DNA of 64,000 bases, from positions 372,001 to 436,000 of the forward strand of contig BROI01000010.1 of assembly GCA_027923505.1 (NCBI GenBank). The letters are read 5' to 3'. The DNA comes from Mayamaea pseudoterrestris. Its lineage: Eukaryota. A program made the translations under genes and the position numbers. Under the pieces are notes generated by a model, which had not been told where the DNA came from, ran no database searches, and saw nothing but the letters and a program-made list of their open reading frames with translations. Numbering within the stretch: position 1 is the stretch's first letter; every line of letters begins with the position of its first letter. Positions 45,869 through 57,700 of the stretch are shown here, in pieces.

Positions 45869-48800
45869 ATCTATTTGGTGACAACTTGTCACCAGTCTCA
45901 GCCCGCAGATGCCATGACATTCAAACGCATCTACAGCAACCCCTGTAGGTGCCCAAATTACACCAGAATGATGCCAACATCATTTATCAGGCTGCGCTAA
46001 AAGATGGTAGGCTTGGCTGGTGTTTCAGGGGATGGCAATGTATTTGGTGACAACTTGTCACCAGTCTCAGCCCGCAGATGCCGTGACATTCAGACGCCCC
46101 TACAGCAGGCCCTGTAGGTGCCCAAATTACACCAGAATGGTGCCAACATCATTATTCAGGCTGCGCTACAAGATGGTAGGCTTGGCTGGTGTCTCAGGGG
46201 ATGGCAATGTATTTGGTGACAACTTGTCACCAGTCTCAGCCCGCAGATGCCATGACATTCAAACGCCCCTACAGCAAGCCCTGTAGGTGCCCCAAACTAC
46301 ACCAGAATGGTGCCTTCACTATTGTTAAGGCTGCGCTACAAGATGGTAGGCTTGGCTGGTGTCTCAGGGGATGGCAATGTATTTGGTGACAACTTGTCAC
46401 CAGTCTCAGCCCGCAGATGCCATGACATTCAAACGCCCCTACAGCAAGCCCTGTAGGTGCCCCAAAATACACCAGAATGGTGCCAACATCATTATTCAGG
46501 CTGCGCTACAAGATGGAAAGCTTGGCTGGTGTCTCAGGGGATGGCAATGTATTTGGTGACAACTTGTCACCAGTCTCAGCCCGCAGATGCCGTGACATTC
46601 AAACGCCCCTACAGCAAGCCCTGTAGGTGCCCAAATTACACCAGAATGGTGCCAACATCATTATTCAGGCTGCGCTACAAGATGGTAGGCTTGGCTGGTG
46701 TCTCAGGGGATGGCAATGTATTTGGTGACAACTTGTCACCAGTCTCAGCCCGCAGATGCCATGACATTCAAACGCCCCTACAGCAAGCCCTGTAGGTGCC
46801 CAAATTACACCAGAATGGTGCCAACATCATTATTCAGGCTGCGCTACAAGATGGTAGGCTTGGCTGGTGTCTCAGGGGATAGCAATGTATTTGGTGACAA
46901 CTTGTCACCAGTCTCAGCCCGCAGATGCCGTGACATTCAAACGCCCCTACAGCAAGCCCTGTAGGTGCCCAAATTACACCAGAATGGTGCCAACATCATT
47001 ATTCAGGCTGCGCTACAAGATGGTAAGCTTGGCTGGTGTCTCAGGGGATGGCAATGTATTTGGTGACAACTTGTCACCAGTCTCAGCCCGCAGATGCCAT
47101 GACATTCAAACGCCCCTACAGCAAGCCCTGTATACACCCAAATTACACCAGAATGGTGCCAACATCATTATTCAGGCTGCACTACGAGATGGAAAGCTTG
47201 GCTGGTGTCTCAGGGGATGGCAATGTATTTGGTGACAACTTGTCACCAGTCTCAGCCCGCAGATGCCGTGACATTCAAACGCCCCTACAGCAAGCCCTGT
47301 AGGTGCCCAAAATACACCAGAATGGTGCCAACATCATTATTCAGGCTGAGCAACAAAATGGAAAGCTTGGCGGGTGTCTCAGGTAATGGCAATGTATTTG
47401 GTGACAACTTGTCACCAGTCTCAGCCCGCAGATGCCATGACATTCAAACGCCCCTACAGCAAGCCCTGTAGGTGCCCAAATTACACCAGAATGGTGCCAA
47501 CATCATTATTCAGGCTGCGCTACAAGATGGTAGGCTTGGCTGGTGTCTCAGGGGATGGCAATGTATTTGGTGACAACTTGTCACCAGTCTCAGCCCGCAG
47601 ATGCCGTGACATTCAAACGCCCCTACAGCAAGCCCTGTAGGTGCCCAAATTACACCAGAATGGTGCCAACATCATTATTCAGGCTGCGCTACAAGATGGT
47701 AAGCTTGGCTGGTGTCTCAGGGGATGGCAATGTATTTGGTGACAACTTGTCACCAGTCTCAGCCCGCAGATGCCGTGACATTCAAACGCCCCTACAGCAG
47801 GCCCTGTAGGTGCCCAAATTACACCAGAATGGTGCCAACATCATTATTCAGGCTGCGCTACAAGATGGTAAGCTTGGCTGGTGTCTCAGGGGATGGCAAT
47901 GTATTTGGTGACAACTTGTCACCAGTCTCAGCCCGCAGATGCCATGACATTCAAACCCCCTACAGCAAGCCCTGTAGGTGCCCAAATTACACCAGAATGG
48001 TGCCAACATCATTATTCAGGCTGCGCTACAAGATGGTAAGCTTGGCTGGTGTCTCAGGGGATGGCAATGTATTTGGTGACAACTTGTCACCAGTCTCAGC
48101 CCGCAGATGCCATGACATTCAAACGCCCCTACAGCAAGCCCTGTAGGTGCCCAAATTACACCAGAATGGTGCCAACATCATTATTCAGGCTGCGCTACAA
48201 GATGGTAGGCTTGGCTGGTGTCTCAGGGGATGGCAATGTATTTGGTGACAACTTGTCACCAGTCTCAGCGCGCAGATGCCGTGACATTCAAACGCCCCTA
48301 CAGCAGGCCCTGTAGGTGCCCAAATTACACCAGAATGGTGCCAACATCATTATTCAGGCTGCGCTACAAGATGGTAGGCTTGGCTGGTGTCTCAGGGGAT
48401 GGCAATGTATTTGGTGACAACTTGTCACCAGTCTCAGCCAGCAGATGCCGTGACATTCAAACGCCCCTACAGCAAGCCCTGTAGGTGCCAAAAACAGAAT
48501 GGTGCCAACATCATTATTCAGGCTGCGCTACAAGATGGACAGCTTGGCTGGTGTCTCAGGGGATGGCAATGTATTTGGTGACAACTTGTCACCAGTCTCA
48601 GCCCGCAGATGCCGTGACATTCAAACGCCCCTACAGCAAGCCCTGTAGGTGCCCAAAATACACCAGAATGGTGCCAACATCATTATTCAGGCTGCGCTAC
48701 AAGATGGTAAGCTTGGCTGGTGTCTCAGGGGATGGCAATGTATTTGGTGACAACTTGTCACCAGTCTCAGCCCGCAGATGCCGTGACATTCAAACGCCCC

Positions 48801-51800
48801 TACAGCAAGCCCTGTAGGTGCCCAAAATACACCAGAATGGTGCCAACATCATTATTCAGGCTGCGCTACAAGATGAAAAGCTTGGCTGGTGTCTCAGGGG
48901 ATGGCAATGTATTTGGTGACAACTTGTCACCAGTCTCAGCCCGCAGATGCTCACGTGACATTCAAATGCCCCTACAGCAAGCCCTGTAGGTGCCCAAATT
49001 ACACCAGAATGGTGCCAACATCATTATTCAGGCTGCGCTACAAGATGGTAAGCTTGGCTGGTGTCTCAGGGGATGGCAATGTATTTGGTGACAACTTGTC
49101 ACCAGTCTCAGCCCGCAGATGCCGTGACATTCAAACGCCCCTACAGCAAGCCCTGTAGGTGCCCAAATTACACCAGAATGGTGCCAACATCATTATTCAG
49201 GCTGCACTACAAGATGGAATGCTTGGCTGGTGTCTCAGGGGATGGCAATGTATTTGGTGACAACTTGTCACCAGTCTCAGCCAGCAGATGCCGCGACATT
49301 CAAACGCCCCTACAGCAAGCCCTGTAGGGCCCCAAATTACACCAGAATGGCGCCAACATCATTATTCAGGCTGCACTACAAGATGGAATGCTTGGCTGGT
49401 GTCTCAGGGGATGGCAATGTATTTGGTGACAACTTGTCACCAGTCTCAGCCCGCAGATGCCATGACATTCAAACGCCCCTACAGCAAGCCCTGTAGGTGC
49501 CCAAATTACACCAGAATGGTGCCAACATCATTATTCAGGCTGCGCTACAAGATGGAAAGCTTGGCTGGTGTCTCAGGGGATGGCAATGTATTTGGTGACA
49601 ACTTGTCACCAGTCTCAGCCCGCAGATGCCATGACATTCAAACGCCCCTACAGCAAGCCCTGTAGGTGCCCAAATTACACCAGAATGGTGCCAACATCAT
49701 TATTCAGGCTGCACTACAAGATGGAATGCTTGGCTGGTGTCTCAGGGGATGGCAATGTATTTGGTGACAACTTGTCACCAGTCTCAGCCTGCAGATGCCG
49801 TGACATTCAAACGCCCCTACAGCAAGCCCTGTAGGTGCCCAAATTACACCAGAATGGTGCCAACATCATTATTCAGGCTGCGCTACAAGATGGTATGCTT
49901 GGCTGGTGTCTCAGGGGATGGCAATGTATTTGGTGACAACTTGTCACCAGTCTCAGCCCGCAGATGCCGTGACATTCAAACGCCCCTACAGCAAGCCCTG
50001 TAGGTGCCCAAATTACACCAGAATGGTGCCAACATCATTATTCAGGCTGCGCTACAAGATGGTAGGCTTGGCTGGTGTCTCAGGGGATGGCAATGTATTT
50101 GGTGACAACTTGTCACCAGTCTCAGCCCGCAGATGCCGTGACATTCAAACGCCCCTACAGCAAGCCCTGTAGGTGCCCAAATTACACCAGAATGGTGCCA
50201 ACATCATTATTCAGGCTGCACTACAAGATGGAATGCTTGGCTGGTGTCTCAGGGGATGGCAATGTATTTGGTGACAACTTGTCACCAGTCTCAGCCCGCA
50301 GATGCCATGACATTCAAACGCCCCTACAGCAAGCCCAGTAGGTGCCCAAATTACACCAGAATGGTGCCAACATCATTATTCAGGCTGCGCTACAAGATGG
50401 TAAGCTTGGCTGGTGTCTCAGGGGATGGCAATGTATTTGGTGACAACTTGTCACCAGTCTCAGCCAGCAGATGTCGTGACATTCCACCCCCCTACAGCAG
50501 GCCCTGTAGGTGCCCAAATTACACCAGAATGGTGTCAACATCATTATTCAGGCTGCGCTACAAGTTGGTTAGCTTGGCGGGTGTCTCAGGGGATGGCAAT
50601 GTTTTGGTGACAACTTGTCACCAGTCTCAGCCAGCAGATGTCGTGACATTCAACCCCCCTACAGCAGGCCCTGTAGGTGCCCCAAATTACACCAGAATGG
50701 TGCCAACATCATTATTCAGGCGGCGCTACAAGATGGTAAGCTTGGCTGGTGTCTCAGGGGATGGCAATGTATTTGGTGACAACTTGTCACCAGTCTCAGC
50801 CAGCAGATGCCATGACATTTAGACGCCCCTACAGCAAGCCCTGTAGGTGCCCAAATTACACCAGAATGGTGCCAACATCATTATTCAGGCTGCACTACAA
50901 GATGGAAAGCTTGGCTGGTGTCTCAGGGGATGGCAATGTATTTGGTGACAACTTGTCACCAGTCTCAGCCCGCAGATGCCAACGCCCCTACAGCAAGCCC
51001 TGTAGGTGCCCAATTTACACCAGAATGGTGCCAACATCATTATTCAGGCTGCACTACAAGATGGAAAGCTTGGCTGGTGTCTTAGGAGATGGCAATGTAT
51101 TTGGTGACAACTTGTCACCAGTCTCAGCCCGCAGATGCCGTGACCTTCAAATGCCCCTACAGCAAGCCCTGTAGGTGCCCAAATTACACCAGAACGGTGC
51201 CAACATCACGATTTAGGCTGCGCTACAAGATGGTAGGCTTGGCTGGTGTCTCAGGGGTTGTATGGCAATGTATTTGGTGACAACTTGTCACCAGTCTCAG
51301 CCAGCAGATGCCATGACATTCAGATGCGCCTACAGCAAACCCTGTAGGTGCCCAAATTACACCAAAATGGTGCCAACATCATTATTCAGGCTGCACTACA
51401 AGATGGAAAGCTTGGCTGGTGTCTCAGGGGATGGCAATGTATTTGGTGACAACTTGTCACCAGTCTCAGCCAGCAGATGCCGTGACCTTCAAATGCCCCT
51501 ACAGCAAGCCCTGTAGGTGCCCAAATTACACCAGAACGGTGCCAACATCATTATTCAGGCTGCGCTACAAGATGGTAGGTTTGGCTGGTGTCTCAGGGGT
51601 TGTATGGCAATGTATTTGGTGACAACTTGTCACCAGTCTCAGCCCACAGATGCCATGACATTCAGATGCACCTACAGCAAACCCTGTAGGTGCCCAAAAT
51701 ACACCAAAATGGTGCCAACATCATTATTCAGGCTGCACTACAAGATGGATAGCTTGGCTGGTGTCTCAGGGGATGGCAATGTATTTGGTGACAACTTGTC

Positions 51801-52075
51801 ACCAGTCTCAGCCAGCAGATGCCATGACCTTCAAACGCCCCTACAGCAAGCCCTGTATGGGGCCCAAATTACACCAGAATGGTGACAACATCATTATTCA
51901 GGCTGCACTACAAGATGGTAGGCTTGGCTGGTGTCTCAGGGGATGGCAATGTATTTGGTGACAACTTGTCACCAGTCTCAGCTAGCAGATGCCATGACAT
52001 TCAGATGCCCCTACAGCAAGCCCTGTAGGTGCCCAAATTACACCAGAATGGTGCCAACATCATTATTCAGGCTGC
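45869..52075. repeat. 169-bp satellite, right array part 1 (~37 monomers), inverted relative to the left array
   Basis: Reverse complement of the left consensus (tatttggtgacaacttgtcaccagtctcagcccgcagatgcc...). The recurring ORF switches from the minus to the plus strand. Confidence 0.98.
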
Positions 52076-54775
52076 TCCCCAAGGCAGTCTCACAACAAGG
52101 TCGGCAAGCTAACCAAAGGAATGGGAGGCAACCCAATCAACATCGGCATGTGGTCTGCCCATTGTCGGTAGCTGTTCCCATTCTTCTCTCCCCGCACCAC
52201 TGATGACATGACTATCGATCACAGTGTACTCATAAGGGTATCTAATGAGTGTCCCCAAGGCAGTCTCCTCGAAGCATCCGCCCTGAGCCGGACAATCAGC
52301 ACAAGTGCAGATTGCCCTCCGTCGCTCGGCTGTTTCCTTCCGCGTGCCTGGCTGCGCCCGGCCAGCTGCCCAAAGTCGGCAGCGATGTCCTGTGGTTGCA
52401 TTTGCTATGTGGACTCGGAGTGCAAACTCCGGGTCCCTGGAGCAACAACCACGTCATCAATGATGACTGGAGCGAATCCTGTGAGGAGGATTCGCCACAA
52501 CCCACACGAACAACAGCTTGCTGGGGGCAGTCACGCCACACAAACAAACAAGAAGCCGTGTGGCGAGAACCGCAGAAGAAAGGAAAGAGAAGGAGAACAA
52601 GAAAACTATGGATCTGGTGGAAAGACCCTGGAGATGGCTCCTGATAAGGAGGAGCTAGCTAAAGATGAGGAGCGCACAAGCAACCAGCCCGAAGGACGGC
52701 GACTCGGATGCAAACCTTTAGCTACATTCTTGTAACCTATAAATCTCAATGTTGCAGAAGAGTGTAACGTCTGCTAGTAGATGAGGTCATGTATGACTCT
52801 CAAAGTAAAACTGCTCCCTGGATAGCCTTGAGCGTGAGGCGCCCAACTTCCTGGGAGCTTTCTCAAAGGTAATGCTGCACAGAAGGCGCTGACCATCTTA
52901 AACGGAAAGCAATCTCCTGTATATCAAGGCCTGCGTTCTACAAAGCAACTGCCGCCATGACGCGATTGGAATGAGCCACTATGCGGGTCACATTTTGGCG
53001 CAGGAAATGTTGTGGGTTTGGGTATGCTCCAACCACCGCTGCTCGCATCACTTTGATGATATCCCGTGACTGTAGATAGTCATAACTCCCAGTGGAAGAC
53101 GTTCGAAAGACACCCAAAGGCTCCTTGAATGGTTTGCTGTGAAGGCACCATGCGCGTCCAATGATGGACATACTTGCTGCGATGGGGCAAATGAATGGAT
53201 GCCCGGACCATTTAAATTTTCGTATGGTGAAATTGGTTTGGCTCTTGTCATAGCGAAAGCGCAAGTGCAATTCAGCCTGTCATGTGTGATCAGGACGCTG
53301 TCAGCCGTGTAAAACATGAAATCTAAATCAATGAATGCCAGCGGTTGGTTGGCCCATTCACCGGCATCCCTATTTGCTGGGACCTTGCTGAAGCATCCTC
53401 TACGTGCTGTAGTCTGTGCGTATTCATTTGCTCGCGAGCCAGTGAAAGCCCCAAGGCATGTCCAGTCGAAAACGGCGGTTTGTACGTCAAGATTTACTGT
53501 TGCGTTGGTGGCCGTCTCCTTTTTCAATGTGGCGTATAAGTACTCAAACATCTTGTTGGTGAATGGCTCGCGCTTCTCTCACGCCTTCTGCCACTTGCGC
53601 CGACTGGCCAGTATGTCGGCAAGCATTGGATGATATCCCTCCTTGCTTATATTTTGGATTGGAAATTTCCTGTTGAGGAACAACTCGAGGAGGGAGTGTG
53701 CTGCATTTAAGTAGCCCACCAATGTTTTCACCATCAATGGATCTTGTTGGGCGCCGGCCTTCCCTTGGAGTTTCTTTTTGTCAATCTCAAGTGATGTTTT
53801 ACCAGAGGCCACAGCAAACAAGTATCCCGCTAGGATCGCAACTTCTTGCCCCGGTGAGACTTCCGCAAAAGACTTGTCTGTGAATCCTGCCTGGAGACTC
53901 CATCTTCCAAAATGCGAGGCTCTCTGATCAAACGCGCAATCGTTTCTGGCCCGTATGTCGCCTCGCTCGCGCTCCCATTGATCAGGGACAAGATCGTTGA
54001 AAGCAGCTCTCGCTCCACTAGGAAGATTTTGCAGGCTGCCAATGCCTGCGTGTCCTGTGAGATAACGGACGCCCACGACATTGTTGATGGAGTGAATCGA
54101 GAGAGTTGGTCGGCTTCCACAAGCGCCGAGGTGTTGTCTGACAATACATTGAGAATGTGTTGTCGATCTCGAATGGCTGGTGTGTGGCAGATGGCACACA
54201 AAGACAGTACCACGTTTATGACAATGGCCACGAATTCCAAAATATTGATATGGTATTCATCCGTGACGAGCGGTCGTTGAGAAGGCTTGGTATTGAATTT
54301 GCGCATTTTGAATTTGCAGGTAGCCAAGTCCTCGTCATTCAAGCGCCACATAAAGAGCAAGGTGAGATTCCATCCCACGACTCCTTTCGTGCTGGCATCA
54401 CTCCGCATGGAGTTATTTGGCCTTCGGTCAACCATGAGGCCAATTGGTTTGTGCCACACGTGTTGCCAGGCTGGATTGTTCAAAGTAGGATACAGCATGT
54501 GCAAGTCATCTAAGACTTCTTTTGAGAGAGCAATCCGACCCTTGCGCCACCAAGCTCTTGAGGAAGGCTTGGAAGTGCGAGCTTTAGCTGCCACACGCCT
54601 TGCCTGTTCATCGGCCTTTCGGGCCGCATCCAAAAGAGACTGTTGGACTCTAATGGAAAGAAAATCGGCTAGGTCTGCCACAAAGGCACCGTGTCGCATC
54701 AAACCAACAATGGAGGATTTATCAGCGGCAGTGACGACTACCGTTTTGAATTGTTTGTTTGACAACCAATCCGAG
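52076..54775 (-). mobile_element. Decayed, 5'-truncated tyrosine-recombinase (DIRS/PAT/Ngaro-like) retroelement within the satellite
   Basis: RNase H motifs SDAS, HINILEF and LSDNTSAL occur in ORF 53830..54765. An overlapping YR frame has GSRANEY, YDKS and HSNR, then past a stop FRLRWS..VQHY (~52870-52935). There are stops and frameshifts, and no RT core. Confidence 0.8.
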
Positions 54776-57700
54776 TGTAGGTGCGGCCCAAATTACACCA
54801 GAATGGTGACAACATCATTATTCAGGCTGCACTACAAGATGGTAGGCTTGGCTGGTGTCTCAGGGGATGGCAATGTATTTGGTGACAACTTGTCACCAGT
54901 CTCAGCCAGCAGATGCCATGACATTCAGATGCCCCTACAGCAAGCCCTGTAGGTGCCCAAATTACACCAGAATGGTGATAACATCATTATTCAGGCTGCA
55001 TACAAGATGGAAAGCTTGGCTGGTGTCTCAGGGGATGGCAATGTATTTGGTGACAACTTGTCACCAGTCTCAGCCAGCAGATGCCATGACCTTCAAACGC
55101 CCCTACAGCAAGCCCTGTATGGGGCCCAAATTACACCAGAATGGTGCCAACATCATTATTCAGGCTGCACTACAAGATGGTAGGCTTGGCTGGTGTCTCA
55201 GGGGATGGCAATGTATTTGGTGACAACTTGTCACCAGTCTCAGCCAGCAGATGCCATGACATTCAGACGCCCCTACAGCAAGCCCTGTAGGTGCCCAAAT
55301 TACACCAGAATGGTGCCAACATCATGGTTCAGGCTGCACTACAAGATGGAAAGCTTGGCTGGTGTCTCAGGGGATGGCAATGTATTTGGTGACAACCTGT
55401 CACCAGTCTCAGCCCGCAGATGCCATGACATTCAGACGCCCCTACAGCAAGCCCTGTAGGTGCCCAAATTACACCAGAATGGTGCCAACATCATTATTCT
55501 GGCTGCACTACAAGATGGAAAGCTTGGCTGGTGTCTCAGGGGATGGCAATGTATTTGGTGACAACTTGTCACCAGTCTCAGCCAGCAGATGCCATGACCT
55601 TCAAACGCCCCTACAGCAAGCCCTGTATGGGGCCCAAATTACACCAGAATGGTGACAACATCATTATTCAGGCTGCACTACAAGATGGAAAGCTTGGCTG
55701 GTGTCTCAGGGGATGGCAATGTATTTGGTGACAACTTGTCACCAGTCTCAGCCAGCAGATGCCATGACATTCAGACGCCCCTACAGCAAGCCCTGTAGGT
55801 GCCCAAATTACACCAGAATGGTGCCAACATCATTATTCAGGCTGCACTACAAGATGGAAAGCTTGGCTGGTGTCTCAGGGGATGGCAATGTATTTGGTGA
55901 CAACTTGTCACCAGTCTCAGCCCGCAGATGCCATGACATTCAGACGCCCCTACAGCAAGCCCTGTAGGTGCCCAAATTACACCAGAATGGTGACAACATC
56001 ATTATTCAGGCTGCACTACAAGATGGAAAGCTTGGCTGGTGTCTCAGGGGATGGCAATGTATTTGGTGACAACTTGTCACCAGTCTCAGCCCGCAAATGC
56101 CATGACATTCAGACGCCCCTACAGCAAGCCCTGTAGGTGCCCAAATTACACCAGAATGGTGCCAACATCATTATTCCGGCTGCACTACAATTGGGAAAGC
56201 TTGGCTGGTGTCTCAGGGGATGGCAATGTATCTGGTGACAACTTGTCACCAGTCTCAGCCAGCAGATGCCATGACATTCAGATGCCCCTACAGCAAGCCC
56301 TGTAGGTGCCCAAATTACACCAGAATGGTGCCAACATCATTATTCAGGTTGCACTACAAGATGGAAAGCTTGGCTGGTGTCTCAAGGGATGGCAATGTAT
56401 ATGGTGACAACTTGTCACCAGTCTCAGCCCGCAGATGCCATGACATTCAGACGCCCCTACAGCAAGCCCTGTAGGTGCCCAAATTACACCAGAACGGTGA
56501 CAACATCATTCTTCTGGCTGCACTACAAGATGGAAAGCTTGGCTGGTGTCTCAGGGGATGGCAATGTATTTGGTGACAACTTGTCACCAGTCTCAGTTAG
56601 CAGATGCCATGACCTTCAAATGCCCCTACAGCAAGCCCTGTATGGGGCCCAAATTACACCAGAATGGTGCCAACATCATTATTCAGGCTGCACTACAAGA
56701 TGGAAAGCTTGGCTGGTGTCTCAGGGGATGGCAATGTATTTGGTGACAACTTGTCACCAGTCTCAGCCCGCAGATGCCATGACATTCAGACGCCCCTACA
56801 GCAAGCCCTGTAGGTGCCCAAATTACACCAGAATGGTGCCAACATCACTATTCAGGCTGTACTACAAGATGGAAAGCTTGGCTGGTGTCTCAGGGGATGG
56901 CAATGTATTTGGTGACAACTTGTCACCAGTCTCAACCCGCAGATGCCATGACATTCAGACGCCCCTACAGCAAGCCCTGTAGGTGCCCTAATTACACCAG
57001 AATGGTGCCAACATCATTATTCAGGCTGCACTACAAGATGCGAATTTTGGCTGGTGTCTCAGGGGATGGCAATGTATTTGGTGACAACTTGTCACCAGTC
57101 TCAGCCCGCAGATGCCTTCATATCAATTGCCCCTACAGCAAGCCCTGTAGCTGCCCAAATTACACCAGAATGGTGCCAACATCATTATTCAGGCTGCACT
57201 ACAAGATGGAAAGCTTGGCTGGTGTCTCAGGGGATGGCAATGTATTTGGTGACAACTTGTCACCAGTCTCAGCCAGCAGATGCCATGATATTCAGACGCC
57301 CCTACAGCAAGCCCTGTAGGTGCCCAAATTACACCAGAATGGTGCCAACAGCATGATTCAGGCTGCACTACAAGACGGAAAGCTTGGCTGGTGTCTCAGG
57401 GGATGGCAATGTATTTGGTGACAACTTGTCACCAGTCTCAGCCCGCAGATGCCATGACATTCAGACGCCCCTACAGCAAGCCCTGTAGGTGCCCAAATTA
57501 CCCCACAATGCTGCCAACATCATTATTTAGGCGGCACTACAAGATGGAAAGCTTGGCTGGTGTCTCAGGGGACGGCAATGTATTTGGTGACAACTTGTCA
57601 CCAGTTTCAGCCAGCAGATGCCATGACATTCAAACGCCCCTATAGCAAGCCCTATAGGTGCCCAAATTACACCAGAATGGTGCCAACATCATTATTCAGG

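Noticed and set aside
51861..52075. ~215-bp target-site duplication around the YR element
   Set aside because: It cannot be distinguished from ordinary local duplication of satellite variants, and the right end of the element is a truncation.
54287..54952. 221-aa plus-strand ORF, and similar antisense ORFs over the TEs
   Set aside because: It is antisense to the RNase H frame and runs on into satellite, with no independent coding evidence.
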